This document shows positions 37,269 through 47,473 of a stretch of DNA of 64,000 nucleotides, piece by piece (position 1 is the stretch's first letter; each line of letters opens with the position of its first letter). Position numbers and translations under genes: made by a program. The notes below the pieces were generated by a model. The model was not told where the DNA came from. It did no database searches and was given only the letters and a program-made list of their open reading frames with translations. Origin of the DNA: Rhodospirillales bacterium (GTDB lineage: Bacteria; Pseudomonadota; Alphaproteobacteria; Rhodospirillales; UBA2165); the NCBI GenBank assembly GCA_965221855.1, contig CBDCSV010000010.1, positions 131,650 through 195,649 of the forward strand, read 5' to 3'.

Positions 37269-37613
37269 TTAGCCGAGGTCGGGAAACAAGTGCCGGCCGT
37301 CCGGGCCGAGAGGCAGCGGGTCGGCCCGGAGAACGGCCGAAACCGGCAGCTCGCCATAGACATGGGGGAACAGCGCGCCCCCGCGGGACGGCTCCCATTT
37401 CAACGCGTCGCCCAGCACGTCCCCATCGACGGTCAGCAGCACCAAGCCGTCCTGCCCGGCCCGATGCTTGGCGGCGCTCCCGGTCACCTGTTCGGCGGTG
37501 GAAAAATGGATGAAACCGTCGGCCAGATCCTGCGAGGAACCGGGATAGCTGCCGGCCGGCCGCGCCGCCTCCCACTCCTCGGCCCGGCACATGTGGTAGA
37601 TCAGGTTGGGCAT
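37269..37613 (-). CDS. DUF952 family protein
   Basis: DLADGFIHFSTAEQV, LKWEPSRGGALFPHVYG. Confidence 0.9.
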   Translation of the reverse strand: MPNLIYHMCRAEEWEAARPAGSYPGSSQDLADGFIHFSTAEQVTGSAAKHRAGQDGLVLLTVDGDVLGDALKWEPSRGGALFPHVYGELPVSAVLRADPLPLGPDGRHLFPDLG

Positions 37614-37632
37614 TGATCCCGGTACGAACGGT

Positions 37633-38100
37633 CTACGACATCAGCCGTTTGTGAAGGGAACGGAGGTAACGCAGATCCATGGCCGCGAATTCACCTTCGT
37701 CGATATCCTGTTTGTATTCTTCCAGCTCTTCCTTGGTGTCGGCCGAGACGCCCTTGTCGAGGAGCCTGGTGATCAGCGACAGGGCTTCCGCCTTCTCTTC
37801 GCCGGTCAGCGCGCGTTCGTCCTCGTCATCCTCGTCATCGAGGTCGTCATCGGGGTCGTCATCCTCTTCGTCATCGTCATCGTCGAGATCGGCGTCGTCC
37901 TCATAATCGTCTTCGTAATCCTCGTCGTCTTCCTCCGGTTCGTCGGGATGCTCGGGAACCAGCAAATCGTCCCAGTCGACGCCCGCCACGGTCATCTTGG
38001 CGTGAATATCCCGCGCCGCCGTCAACACGGCCTCGTCTTCCTCTTCTCCGAGTGCGCGCAGCAATTCGATGAATTGGGCGCGGTCCAAATTCGCCAGCAT
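37633..38100 (-). CDS. Hypothetical protein with Asp/Glu-rich central tract
   Basis: Helical N- and C-termini around about 40 aa of D/E; fits the operon direction. Confidence 0.65.
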   Translation of the reverse strand: MLANLDRAQFIELLRALGEEEDEAVLTAARDIHAKMTVAGVDWDDLLVPEHPDEPEEDDEDYEDDYEDDADLDDDDDEEDDDPDDDLDDEDDEDERALTGEEKAEALSLITRLLDKGVSADTKEELEEYKQDIDEGEFAAMDLRYLRSLHKRLMS

Positions 38101-38183
38101 GGCCTGTCTCCGTCAAAAAACCGGTTTGGCTATAGGCCATATCCCGGGGGGTGTTGTCCAGCGCCCAGCTTGCGGGACCTGAG

Positions 38184-39260
38184 TCAAATCAGCGTCAGTT
38201 GGTCGCCCGGCGCCGGCGGCGGCTGGAACCGGCCGCTGTCGAGCTCTTGCCAGGCCCGGTCCAGCCCCAGGCGGCGTTCGGCGATCTTGAACCGGTTGTT
38301 GAGCAGCTGGGCATAGGGGCCGTCTCCCCGCATCCGCCGGCCGAATCCCGCCTGGTTGAGTTTGCCCTGCCGGCAGGACCGGATGAGGGTTTCCACCTTC
38401 TGGGCCCGATCGGGAAAATGGGCCCATAGCCACTCGGAAAACACCTCCTTCATCTCCCAAGGCAATCTCAGAAGGATATAGCCCGCCCGTGTGGCTCCGG
38501 CCCCGGCGGCCGCTTCGAGAATAGCCTCGAGCTCCTGATCGTTGATCGCCGGGATCATCGGCGCCGCCATCACGCCGGTGGGAATGCCGGCGGCGCTCAA
38601 TCGCCGGATGGCCTCCAGGCGCTTGTCCGGCCGCGCGGCCCTGGGCTCCATGGTACGGGCCAGTTTCGGATCGAGGGTGGTGACCGAGAGAAAAGCATGG
38701 ACGAGATTGCGCTCGGCCATGGACCAGAGGATATCGAGGTCCCTCAGAATTCCCGCGGACTTGGTGATGAAGGAGACCGGGTGATCGTACCGGGACAGCA
38801 CTTCCAGGATGGCGCGGGTTATTCCCAGTTCGCGCTCGGCGGGCTGGTACGCATCGGTGTTCACCCCGAGCGCGATGGGTTTGCATCGGTAGCCCGGTTT
38901 CCGCAACTCCGCTTCGAGCAGCCGCGCCGCATCGGGCTTGAAGAAAATGCGGCTCTCGAAATCGAGCCCCGGCGAAAGGCCCAGGTAGGAATGGGTGGGA
39001 CGGGCAAAGCAATAGACGCAGCCGTGTTCGCAGCCCCGATAAGGGTTGATCGACCGGTCGAACGGAATATCGGGGGAGTCGTTGCGGGCGATGATCGTCC
39101 GCGTAGCGTCCCTGGTGAGGACGGTCTCGAGGCGGCCCGCATCGGGGTCCCGCCACCATCCGTCATCGGCCGCAACCCGGTCTTCGAGCTCGAACCGTCC
39201 CGCGGGATTGCCGACGGCTCCCCGGCCCTTCCGCGGCATATCCGGCAGCGCGTCGATCAT
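38184..39260 (-). CDS. Radical SAM protein (PA0069/Rv2578c, SplB-like)
   Basis: NPYRGCEHGCVYCFARP; GVNTDAYQP. Confidence 0.92.
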   Translation of the reverse strand: MIDALPDMPRKGRGAVGNPAGRFELEDRVAADDGWWRDPDAGRLETVLTRDATRTIIARNDSPDIPFDRSINPYRGCEHGCVYCFARPTHSYLGLSPGLDFESRIFFKPDAARLLEAELRKPGYRCKPIALGVNTDAYQPAERELGITRAILEVLSRYDHPVSFITKSAGILRDLDILWSMAERNLVHAFLSVTTLDPKLARTMEPRAARPDKRLEAIRRLSAAGIPTGVMAAPMIPAINDQELEAILEAAAGAGATRAGYILLRLPWEMKEVFSEWLWAHFPDRAQKVETLIRSCRQGKLNQAGFGRRMRGDGPYAQLLNNRFKIAERRLGLDRAWQELDSGRFQPPPAPGDQLTLI

Positions 39261-39283
39261 CGGAACAGCTTAACCACAAAAGT

Positions 39284-39298
39284 GAACAAATCAAGAAC
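39284..39298. promoter_or_regulatory. Alphaproteobacterial LexA (SOS) box
   Basis: GAAC-AAATCAA-GAAC (GTTC-N7-GTTC on the minus strand), 23 bp upstream of the radical SAM gene. Confidence 0.7.
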
Positions 39299-39343
39299 GA
39301 AAATCGCCGCGATCGCCGATTCCCGCGTGTTATAGTCCGCGCC

Positions 39344-40012
39344 ATGCTGAGTATCGTGATCCCCGTATTCAACGCCGCGGAGGGATTGGCGGCTACGCTG
39401 GCCTCCCTCCAATCCCTTGATATGGAGACCGAAATCCTCGTCGTGGACGGCGGCTCGACGGACGAGGGCCCGGAAATCGCGCGATCCCTGGGCGCCGCCG
39501 TCATCACGGCCGAGCTCGGGCGCGGCCGCCAGTTGCGCGCCGGCGCCGGCAACGCGGCCGGCGAGTGGCTGTTGTTTCTTCACGCCGATACCCGGCTGAC
39601 CGGCCCGTGGGAGTCCGAGGCCGCCGAATTCATGGATATGGAAGGAGACCATTGCGCCGCGGTGTTCCGGCTGGGTCTCGACGACGAGGCGCCCCAGGCC
39701 CGGCGGCTGGAACGGCTGGTCGGCTGGCGGACCCGCCGCCTCGGCCTTCCCTACGGCGATCAGGGTTTGCTTATTTCCCGCAAGTTCTACGAGAAGCTGG
39801 GGGGCTTCCGGCCGATGATCATGTTCGAGGACGTGGACATGGTCCGCCGTATAGGCCGGCGCCGCCTCAAAATGCTGGACGCCCAAGCCTTGACGTCGGC
39901 GGTCCGCTATCGGCGGGACGGCTATGCGGCCCGTGCGTTCAGAAACAACTTCTGCCTGGCGCTCTATTTTCTGGGGGTCCCGCCGGCGGTCATCGAACGC
40001 CTCTATCGATGA
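39344..40012 (+). CDS. GT2 glycosyltransferase (TIGR04283-like)
   Basis: LSIVIPVFN, VVDGGSTD, GRGRQL, LFLHADT, YGDQG, MFEDV. Confidence 0.85.
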   Translation: MLSIVIPVFNAAEGLAATLASLQSLDMETEILVVDGGSTDEGPEIARSLGAAVITAELGRGRQLRAGAGNAAGEWLLFLHADTRLTGPWESEAAEFMDMEGDHCAAVFRLGLDDEAPQARRLERLVGWRTRRLGLPYGDQGLLISRKFYEKLGGFRPMIMFEDVDMVRRIGRRRLKMLDAQALTSAVRYRRDGYAARAFRNNFCLALYFLGVPPAVIERLYR

Positions 40013-40608
40013 GCCTTCGCAACCACCTGATCATCTTCGCCAAGGCCCCGCGCCTGGGAACCGTCAAGACCCGGCTGGCCCGGGACATCGGCTGGGCCAC
40101 CGCGACCGGGTTTTACCGCCGCACGCTTCGCGATACGGTCCGTAAATTGAGCCGCGATTCGAGGTGGCGCACCTGTCTCGCCGTCACCCCGGACCGGGAC
40201 GTGTGGAACCACGGTCTCTGGCCCGGGGGGATTCCGCGCATGACCCAGGGAAGCGGCGACCTCGGGGACCGCATGGCCCGCATGGCCGCGGCGGCGCCGC
40301 CGGGACCCGTGGTTATCGTCGGAACCGACATTCCGGCCTTGAACGCGGACCACGTCGCCGGCGCCTTCAACGCGCTCGGAGATCACGACATGACCTTCGG
40401 GCCGGCCTCGGATGGCGGCTATTACCTTGTCGGGTTTCGCCGCCGGCCGGCCATGCCCGATGCCTTTTCCGACGTGCGCTGGTCCACGCCCCACGCGCTT
40501 GCCGATACGCTCGCCTCGCTTCCGCCGGGGACGACGGTCGCCATGGGCGAAACGCTTTCGGATGTGGATGACGGCGCCGCCTTCGACGCCGGCCTCAGCT
40601 CTCCATGA
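40009..40608 (+). CDS. DUF2064/TIGR04282-like transferase
   Basis: [47 protein letters not shown]; ATGA overlap with the upstream gene. Confidence 0.85.
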   Translation: MSLRNHLIIFAKAPRLGTVKTRLARDIGWATATGFYRRTLRDTVRKLSRDSRWRTCLAVTPDRDVWNHGLWPGGIPRMTQGSGDLGDRMARMAAAAPPGPVVIVGTDIPALNADHVAGAFNALGDHDMTFGPASDGGYYLVGFRRRPAMPDAFSDVRWSTPHALADTLASLPPGTTVAMGETLSDVDDGAAFDAGLSSP

Positions 40609-41125
40609 GCCGCGGCATCAGTTCGACGAAATTGCACGGCATGAACCGGTAATCCAGCTGGTGGACCAGTATGTCGTCCCAGGCATCCCGGCAGGCGCCG
40701 GGAGATCCGGGGAGCGCGAAGAGATAGGTGCCGCCCGCCACGCCGGCGGAGGCGCGCGACTGTATGGTCGAGGTACCGATCTTCTCGTAGCTCAGCATCC
40801 GGAACAGTTCGCCGAATCCCGCTATTTCCTTCTCGTAGACCGATGCGAAGGCCTCGGGCGTCACATCCCGGCCGGTGACGCCGGTTCCGCCGGTGGAAAG
40901 CACCACGTCGACCTCCGGATCGGCGATCCATTCCTCGAGCTTCGCGACGATGGCCTCCCGGTCGTCGGGGACGATCTCGCGCGCCGCCAGTTCGTGGCCG
41001 GCGCCCGCGATGCGGTCGACCAGCGCGTCGCCGGACTTGTCGTCTTCGAGAGTTCGGGTATCCGAAACGGTCAGGACCGCGATGTTGACGGGAAGGAACT
41101 CCCGCTCACTTTTGTTTTCGCTCAT
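40595..41125 (-). CDS. moaB: Molybdenum cofactor biosynthesis protein B
   Basis: [39 protein letters not shown]. Confidence 0.95.
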   Translation of the reverse strand: MSENKSEREFLPVNIAVLTVSDTRTLEDDKSGDALVDRIAGAGHELAAREIVPDDREAIVAKLEEWIADPEVDVVLSTGGTGVTGRDVTPEAFASVYEKEIAGFGELFRMLSYEKIGTSTIQSRASAGVAGGTYLFALPGSPGACRDAWDDILVHQLDYRFMPCNFVELMPRLMES

Positions 41126-42962
41126 CCCGGGCAACCTCCACGCCATTCGGACCGGACCGATGGTAGGACGGCCATTCCCCCGCGGCAACCGCGTCGAGGC
41201 TGGGGGTCGGCCGGCCGAAGCGGGCGCGGTAGATCCAGTAATTGGTCAACACCCGCTCGACGAAGATGCGCGTTTCCCGCAACGGGATACTCTCGATGAA
41301 GAGCAGGGGGTCGCCCTCGCCGCCCGAATGCCGCTGCCACTTCCGGAGGTTTCCGGGCCCGGCGTTCCAGGCAACGGCCATGCGGAACAGATCCCCGCCG
41401 ATGTAGGGCTCGTTCAAAAGAATGTTGATGTAGCGCTGACCCAGTTCGACATTGGTTTCCGGGTCGAACAGAGCGCGCCGCTTGGCGCCCCGGTAGCGCC
41501 GGTCCCGGGCGATAAAGCTCGCGGTACGGGGCATGATCTGCATCAGCCCGCGGGCGCCCGCCCGGCTCTTGGCGTCGGGGTTGAAGCCCGATTCCTGGCG
41601 GATCAAGGCCAGCACCAGCGCGGTGTCCTGGATACGCTCGTCCGCGACCGGCAGGCTCGGCACCGGATAGGCGGTGCTGTCGTAAAGGCTGGAGCCGCTC
41701 TTCACCAGCATATTGCCGAGGCGCATGGCCAACGAGGGCAGCCGCGCCCGGTCGGCGAGCGCCAGCATGGCCCTCGCCAGTTCGGGCGAGGCCTGCCTGA
41801 AAAGGTATCGAAGTTCCCGCTCGGCGCGGCGGTCCTGCCCCACCTGCAACAGCGTTACGGCCCGGGCGCCGCCCGGCGCTTCGGCGAGCTGCTTGAGGGC
41901 CTCTTCCCGGAGCGGCGGCGGCGCCCAGTTGTAGCTGACGTCCAGGCCCAGCTGCCGCCGCGCGAGGATACCGTAGAACGTCCGGGGATAGGCCGAGGCT
42001 TCCTCGAGCCAGCCGTTCACCCGCTCCGGCCGCTTGGCCTTGAGTTCCGCGCGCGCCGCCCAGAAGGCGCCGGCGGTCGACAGCCACGGCGAGGAATAAT
42101 CCGACGCCGCGACCTCGCCGAAATGGGCGGCCGCCTCATCGAATTTGCCGAGACGCCATTTCGCGAGGCCGGCGGTCCAATGGGCGGACGGAATGAACCT
42201 GCCCGAGCGCTTGATCGCGCGGCCCGTCCACTCGGCCGCCCACTCGTATCGTCCATGGGCGTAATAGGCGGCGCCGAGGGCGGCCTGGAACCGGTCGTAC
42301 TGGCCGGGGTGGAACAGCCGCCTGGTTTCCCTGGCGCGGATCTGCTGCTTCGCGGCCTTGGTCCAGCCCTTGCGGAGATACGAGGAAATCTGGCGCCGGA
42401 TTTGACGCGCCCGGTTCCGGTCGGCCCGGCTCAATCTCTTGGCCGGGCGGTAGACCTTGGCCGCGGCCGCGCCGTCGTGTCCCGAACCCGCGAGAAGCCG
42501 TCCCGTGGGCGGTTTCGGCATCTTCCAATTCTTGGGCCGGCGGCGAAACGCCAGCTTGTGGATCCGCCGGGCGTCCGGATGGTCGGCATATTGATCCATC
42601 CAGGCCTTCAACTCCCTGTAGCGGGAACGGTACTTGGTCGGATGCAGATAGCGTTGCGCCAGGACATGTCCCATCAGCACCCGGTTCTCCAGGGTATCGA
42701 TGATCTTGTCGGCGGCTTTCCATTCGCCGTTTTTTTGCAGACTGAAGATCACCCGGTAGCGGCTGACGTCGGTCGCGCCGAGGATCGACGGCAGCCGGTT
42801 GGCGGTCCAGTTCCCGGGTGCGCCTTCGGTGAGCGCGGCCGATTGGGAGGGCGCGGGCGGCGGCTTGTCGGCGGCGAGCGCACCCGGAGACATGGCCGCC
42901 AGACCGGCGGCCATCGTTCCAATCACTGCGGCTCTCAGGACGACAGCGGCCCTCAACTCCAC
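41106..42962 (-). CDS. Soluble lytic transglycosylase (SLT domain)
   Basis: [37 protein letters not shown]. Confidence 0.9.
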   Translation of the reverse strand: MELRAAVVLRAAVIGTMAAGLAAMSPGALAADKPPPAPSQSAALTEGAPGNWTANRLPSILGATDVSRYRVIFSLQKNGEWKAADKIIDTLENRVLMGHVLAQRYLHPTKYRSRYRELKAWMDQYADHPDARRIHKLAFRRRPKNWKMPKPPTGRLLAGSGHDGAAAAKVYRPAKRLSRADRNRARQIRRQISSYLRKGWTKAAKQQIRARETRRLFHPGQYDRFQAALGAAYYAHGRYEWAAEWTGRAIKRSGRFIPSAHWTAGLAKWRLGKFDEAAAHFGEVAASDYSSPWLSTAGAFWAARAELKAKRPERVNGWLEEASAYPRTFYGILARRQLGLDVSYNWAPPPLREEALKQLAEAPGGARAVTLLQVGQDRRAERELRYLFRQASPELARAMLALADRARLPSLAMRLGNMLVKSGSSLYDSTAYPVPSLPVADERIQDTALVLALIRQESGFNPDAKSRAGARGLMQIMPRTASFIARDRRYRGAKRRALFDPETNVELGQRYINILLNEPYIGGDLFRMAVAWNAGPGNLRKWQRHSGGEGDPLLFIESIPLRETRIFVERVLTNYWIYRARFGRPTPSLDAVAAGEWPSYHRSGPNGVEVARDERKQK

Positions 42963-43094
42963 CCCGCTCCCTCAAGTCTTTGATTCAAAAGACTTTTTTT
43001 CTCGTAATCCGTGCATATAGAAGATAGAGCAATCGGGCCTTTCAGGCAAGCAAGGCCAAATGCCTGCCCGCAGGTTTTCAGGGCTCTTGACCGG

Positions 43095-43928
43095 CTAGTC
43101 TCCGGCGCCATCCAGTTTTTGGCGAATCTCCTGCAGATCGCGCCACGCCTGACGCTTGTTGGCCGGCGAGCGCAGCAGGTAGGCGGGATGAAACGTCGCC
43201 ATGGTATCCACCGGCGCCGACATGTGCGCGGTCGAATAGCTGTGCCAAGAGCCGCGCAGCCGGGTAATGCCTTCGGCCCGCCCGAGGAGGGTCTTGGCGG
43301 CGGGGCCGCCCAGGGGCACCAGCACGTCGGGGGCGGCCAATTCGATGTGCCGTTCCAGGAACGGCAAACAGGCGGCGATCTCGTCCGTGGTCGGATTGCG
43401 GTTCCCGGGCGGCCGCCAGAAGACAATGTTGGTGATGTAGAACTTTTCCCGGTCGTAGCCGATGGTTTCGAGCATCCGGTCGAGCAGCCGGCCGCTGGGT
43501 CCGACGAAAGGCAGGCCTTGCCGGTCCTCCTCGGCCCCCGGCGCTTCGCCGACGAACATCAGCCGCGCCTCCGGATTGCCGTCGGCGAATACCGTATTCG
43601 TGGCCGTCTTTTTGAGGCCGCATCCCTCGAAGCTCTCCACCGCCGCCTTGAGTTCGGCAACCGAATTGGCCTCCGCCGCCAGGGACCACGCCGCTTGAAC
43701 CGCCTGGCTCACCCGGCCGCCGCTCGGCAGCGCGGGGGCCTCGCCGGCGGCCGCCCGGGGAGCATCCCGCGGCGCGCGCCGGGCGGGCGGCGGGGGTTTC
43801 TCCGGCGCCGGCCCGCTCGCCGCCTCCCCGGCCGAGGCAAACCGGTCGACCGGGGATTCCCCGATGGTCTCGTCGACCCCGGCCTCGAGGTGGAACCGGA
43901 GGATGTCGGCGGCGGAAGGATCGGCCAT
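43095..43928 (-). CDS. Uracil-DNA glycosylase family 4
   Basis: FVGEAPGAEED, PFVGPSG, RPPGNRNP, TFHPAYLLR; start MADPS at 43928. Confidence 0.92.
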   Translation of the reverse strand: MADPSAADILRFHLEAGVDETIGESPVDRFASAGEAASGPAPEKPPPPARRAPRDAPRAAAGEAPALPSGGRVSQAVQAAWSLAAEANSVAELKAAVESFEGCGLKKTATNTVFADGNPEARLMFVGEAPGAEEDRQGLPFVGPSGRLLDRMLETIGYDREKFYITNIVFWRPPGNRNPTTDEIAACLPFLERHIELAAPDVLVPLGGPAAKTLLGRAEGITRLRGSWHSYSTAHMSAPVDTMATFHPAYLLRSPANKRQAWRDLQEIRQKLDGAGD

Positions 43929-43975
43929 GAGACGATCATAGCAAAGCCCCGCCGCCGCGCCACGCCTCAACTGGA

Positions 43976-45190
43976 CAGGGCAATCGCATTTGATTTGGTT
44001 CGTGAACGGAATGGCTTCGTAAACGGAATGGAAATGAGTATCGCTGCTGCTGGAGCTTCTTTGACGTTTGATGGAGGTTTCGGTGGAGAGATTTCGGGAG
44101 AGTTTTTCGGGTCTTGATGATCCGCGCACGGGCAACGCGTTGCGTCATGATCTTCTTGAGATGCTGTTCATGGCGCTGTGCGCGGCGCTGTGTGGAAGCA
44201 CGTCGTGCGTTGACATGGCGGACTTCGCCGAGGCCAAGGAAGAGGTGCTGCGCGAGTTCCTGACCCTGCCCGCTGGCCCGCCCAGCCACGACACCTTCTC
44301 GCGGCTGTTCCGGTTGTTGGACCCGCGGGCCTTTCATGCCGCCTTCCAGCGCTTCATGTCCGATTTCGCGACCGCCCGGGCGGAGGTTGTTGCGATTGAT
44401 GGCAAGAGCCTGAGGCGCTCCTTCGATCGGGCCTCCGGAACCTCGCCGCTCCACCTGGTCAGCGCCTGGGCCGCCGATCAGCGGCTGGTTCTAGGCCAGA
44501 TGAACGTGGGCGCGAGCAACGAGATCACCGCCGTGCCGGCCTTGCTCAAGCTGCTCAGCCTCGAAGGCGCGGTGATGACCATGGACGCCATGCACTGCCA
44601 GAGCGGCACGGCCCGCGACATCCACGAGGCCGGCGCCGATTACCTGATGGCGCTGAAGGCCAACCAGCCCGACCTTCTCGCCGACGTCAAACTGCTGCTG
44701 GACGATCCCCAGGCGCCCGCCGACGGCGTGGACCAGACGGTGGACGCCGGCCACGGCCGCATCGAAACCCGCCGCGCCGAGGTGCTGCACGATATGGACT
44801 GGCTCGCCGAAGCCCACCGGTGGCCGGCCCTGGCCGCTGTCGGCAAGGTCACCTCCAGCCGCGAGACCGACGGCCGGGCCACGACAGCGGTGCGCTACTT
44901 CATCGCCTCCTGGCCGCTCACCGCCGACGAACTGAACCGCCTCGTCCGCGGACACTGGGGGATCGAGAACCAACTCCATTGGGTGCTCGATGTGGTCATG
45001 GACGAAGATCAGGCCCGAGCCCGCAAGGACAACGCCCCGGAAAACCTCGCTCTCCTCAGACGCCTCGCCCTCAACGTCATCAAACGCAACAAGGACAAGG
45101 GATCAAACCGTCTCAAGTTCAATCGCGCCGGGTGGAGCGACAACTTCCTCCGAAAACTCATCGCCGAAATAGGCTAATGCGATTGCCCTG
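43976..45190 (+). mobile_element. ISAs1-family element
   Basis: Perfect 15-bp TIR CAGGGCAATCGCATT; no TSD seen. Confidence 0.92.
44068..45177 (+). CDS. ISAs1-family transposase
   Basis: PSHDTF, IDGKSLRRS, SNEITA, MDAMHCQ, LKANQP, HWGIENQLHWVLDV. Confidence 0.93.
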   Translation: MMEVSVERFRESFSGLDDPRTGNALRHDLLEMLFMALCAALCGSTSCVDMADFAEAKEEVLREFLTLPAGPPSHDTFSRLFRLLDPRAFHAAFQRFMSDFATARAEVVAIDGKSLRRSFDRASGTSPLHLVSAWAADQRLVLGQMNVGASNEITAVPALLKLLSLEGAVMTMDAMHCQSGTARDIHEAGADYLMALKANQPDLLADVKLLLDDPQAPADGVDQTVDAGHGRIETRRAEVLHDMDWLAEAHRWPALAAVGKVTSSRETDGRATTAVRYFIASWPLTADELNRLVRGHWGIENQLHWVLDVVMDEDQARARKDNAPENLALLRRLALNVIKRNKDKGSNRLKFNRAGWSDNFLRKLIAEIG

Positions 45191-45251
45191 CGGGGGGACG
45201 GGGGTTGGATTCACCACGGAGACGGTGAGACAGTGAGGAGCATCGCCAAAG

Positions 45252-45325
45252 CGTCATGGCCGGGCGCCAGACCCGGCCATCCACGTGTACCGGTAGTCGC
45301 TAGGCGTGGATGCCCGTGTCAAGCC
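45252..45325. repeat. Inverted REP doublet; second REP interrupted by IS4
   Basis: CGTCATGGCCGGG...CCCGGCCATCCACG facing CGTGGATGCCCGTGTCAAGC|IS|ACGGGCATGACG. Confidence 0.75.
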
Positions 45326-46596
45326 CACTGCTGTCCGGTTTATTTTTGTGGACGGGTTGCATGGCATTGATTCTACTGGGGTCCAAGCGTTTGCGAACGT
45401 TTTGGACACGAAGGAGGCTCAATGCCATGCATCACCACAATAGCGTTTTCCACGATCTGTTGAAGCATATTCCTTGGGACGCTTTTGAGCGTTTGGTTGC
45501 CGAGCACGGCGCGGACAAGCACATTCGCCGGTTGCCGACGAAGAGCCAGTTCATCGCCCTGCTGTATGGACAGTTCTCCGGCGCGTCCAGCCTGCGGGAG
45601 ATCGCCGGCGGCCTGGAGAGCCATTCGGCGCGTTTGTACCATGTCGGCGGCCGCACGGTGTCACGCTCGACCTTCGCCGACGCCAACGCGCGCCGTCCGG
45701 CGGCGGTGTTCTCGGGCCTGTTCGCCGAGATGGCCGGCCGCGCCCAGCGGGGGCTGCGGCGCAAGCTCGGCGATGCCACCTATCTGATCGATTCCACCGG
45801 GCTCCGCCTGAGCGGGGCCGGGTCCGAGTGGGCGCGCTTCTCGGCCAAGGTGTGCGGCGCCAAGGTCCACGTGATCTACGACGCGGATGCCGATCAGCCG
45901 GTTTATTCGGCGATGACGGCGGCCCGGGTCAACGACATCACGGCGGCGAAGGAGATGCCCATCGAGGCCGGCGCCACCTACGTCTACGACCTCGGCTACT
46001 ACGATTATGCCTGGTGGGCCAAGCTGGACGCCGCCGGATGCCGCATCGTCACCCGCTTCAAGTCCAGCACGCCGCTCGACCTCATCGCCGAACTCGATGT
46101 GGCCGAGAACGGCGGCATCCTGTCCGACCGCATCGGCTTGCTGCCCAAACGCCAGGCCAAAAACCGCAAGAACCCGTTCTCCGAGCCGGTGCGCGAGGTG
46201 CGGATCAAGACCGACACCGGCAAGGTGCTGCGCATCCTCTCCAACGACCTCGACGCCCCGGCCGAGGAGATCGCCGAGCTCTACAAGCGGCGATGGGCCA
46301 TCGAGCTGTTCTTCCGCTGGGTCAAACAGACCCTCAAGATCAAACACTTCATCGGCAACAGCGAGAACGCCGTGCGCATCCAGATCGCCGTCGCGATGAT
46401 CGCCTATCTGCTGCTCAGGCTCGCTCAAGCCACCCAGAAGGCCATCAACAGCCCGCTCATCTTCGCCCGTCTCGTGCGCGTCAACCTCATGCATCGAAAG
46501 CGCATCGACAGGCTCCTCATACCCAAAATACCGCCGCCCGAAAATCCAAACCAAATGGCCATCCAATGGACGTGAAAATTAAACCGGACAGTAGTG
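45326..46596 (+). mobile_element. IS4-family element inserted in a REP hairpin
   Basis: TIR CACTGCTGTCCGGTTTA / TAAACCGGACAGTAGTG (16/17); TSD TGTCAAGC(C/A). Confidence 0.9.
45427..46575 (+). CDS. IS4-family transposase
   Basis: LIDST, KVHVIYD, YVYDLGY, YKRRWAIELFFRWVKQ. Confidence 0.92.
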   Translation: MHHHNSVFHDLLKHIPWDAFERLVAEHGADKHIRRLPTKSQFIALLYGQFSGASSLREIAGGLESHSARLYHVGGRTVSRSTFADANARRPAAVFSGLFAEMAGRAQRGLRRKLGDATYLIDSTGLRLSGAGSEWARFSAKVCGAKVHVIYDADADQPVYSAMTAARVNDITAAKEMPIEAGATYVYDLGYYDYAWWAKLDAAGCRIVTRFKSSTPLDLIAELDVAENGGILSDRIGLLPKRQAKNRKNPFSEPVREVRIKTDTGKVLRILSNDLDAPAEEIAELYKRRWAIELFFRWVKQTLKIKHFIGNSENAVRIQIAVAMIAYLLLRLAQATQKAINSPLIFARLVRVNLMHRKRIDRLLIPKIPPPENPNQMAIQWT

Positions 46597-46740
46597 TGTC
46601 AAGCACGGGCATGACGACTTCTTGAACCACGGAGACGGTGAGGAACAGGGAATAAGACTAGGGGCGGCCGCGGCGGCGTCTTATAGTCGTTGCGCCGTTT
46701 CGCATTGGGGAACGGACCGAACCCGAAGGGAGATTAGTTC

Positions 46741-47199
46741 ATGCAGTTTCGTTATTTGATTTTCCCCGGCATCGCGGCGGCCGCGATGATCGCGGCGGCC
46801 GCCATCACCCCGCCCGGCACCGGGGCGGCCAACGCCCAGGGCAATATCATCGATGCCCGGGCCACGGCAATGAAGACCCTCGGCGGCTCGCTCCGGCGGG
46901 TCGGCCAGACGGCATCGGCCGAAGACGCCCGCGGCCCGGCGGCGGCGATCGCCGGCGCGGCGGCCCGCCTCGAAACCCTGTTCCCCGAAGGCTCCGGCGG
47001 ACCGCCCACCCGCTCCAAGCCCGAAATCTGGCGGAACATGGCTGACTTCAAGGCCAAGCTCGCCGCGCTCAAGGACGCGGCCCGGGCCCTCGACGCGGCG
47101 GCCAAGGGCTCGGACCTGGACGCGGTGAAGACGGCGGCCCGGAACGTCGGCGGCACCTGCGGCGCCTGCCACCGGGCCTACCGGGCGCCGAGGTCGTAA
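46741..47199 (+). CDS. Cytochrome c' / c556 (class II)
   Basis: Signal peptide; SKPEIW; C-terminal CGACH. Confidence 0.9.
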   Translation: MQFRYLIFPGIAAAAMIAAAAITPPGTGAANAQGNIIDARATAMKTLGGSLRRVGQTASAEDARGPAAAIAGAAARLETLFPEGSGGPPTRSKPEIWRNMADFKAKLAALKDAARALDAAAKGSDLDAVKTAARNVGGTCGACHRAYRAPRS

Positions 47200-47209
47200 G
47201 CGGACAGGT

Positions 47210-47392
47210 TCACCACCGAGAGCACCGAGCCCCCCTCACCCAGCTACGGCTAAGGCTCGCAGGCTCGCCAAGCCTGCGCATCCCTCTCCCCCCAAGGGGG
47301 GGCGAGGGTAAGGGAGTAGTCCCCTCTCCCCCTTCTTCAGGGGGAGAGGGTCAGGGTGAGGGGGTCACAAGAAAAATAAGAGTGAGGGGGTA
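47210..47392. repeat. Composite REP-like element
   Basis: TTCACCACCGAGAGCACCGAG, AGCTACGGCTAAGG module and two hairpins. Confidence 0.8.
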
Positions 47393-47473
47393 TACACAGA
47401 CTCTCTCTCCCTGCACCGCCCCCCGGCGAATCCGCTTTTCGGGCCGGTTGGACGCGCTAATATCCCCGGGATC

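Noticed and set aside
39344-40608. Arsenosugar biosynthesis cluster
   Set aside because: Only the two transferases are present; no arsM or arsS-type genes nearby
42974-43001. Terminator-like hairpin AAGTCTTTGA-TTC-AAAAGACTT followed by a T-tract
   Set aside because: No plus-strand gene ends here; function cannot be assigned from sequence
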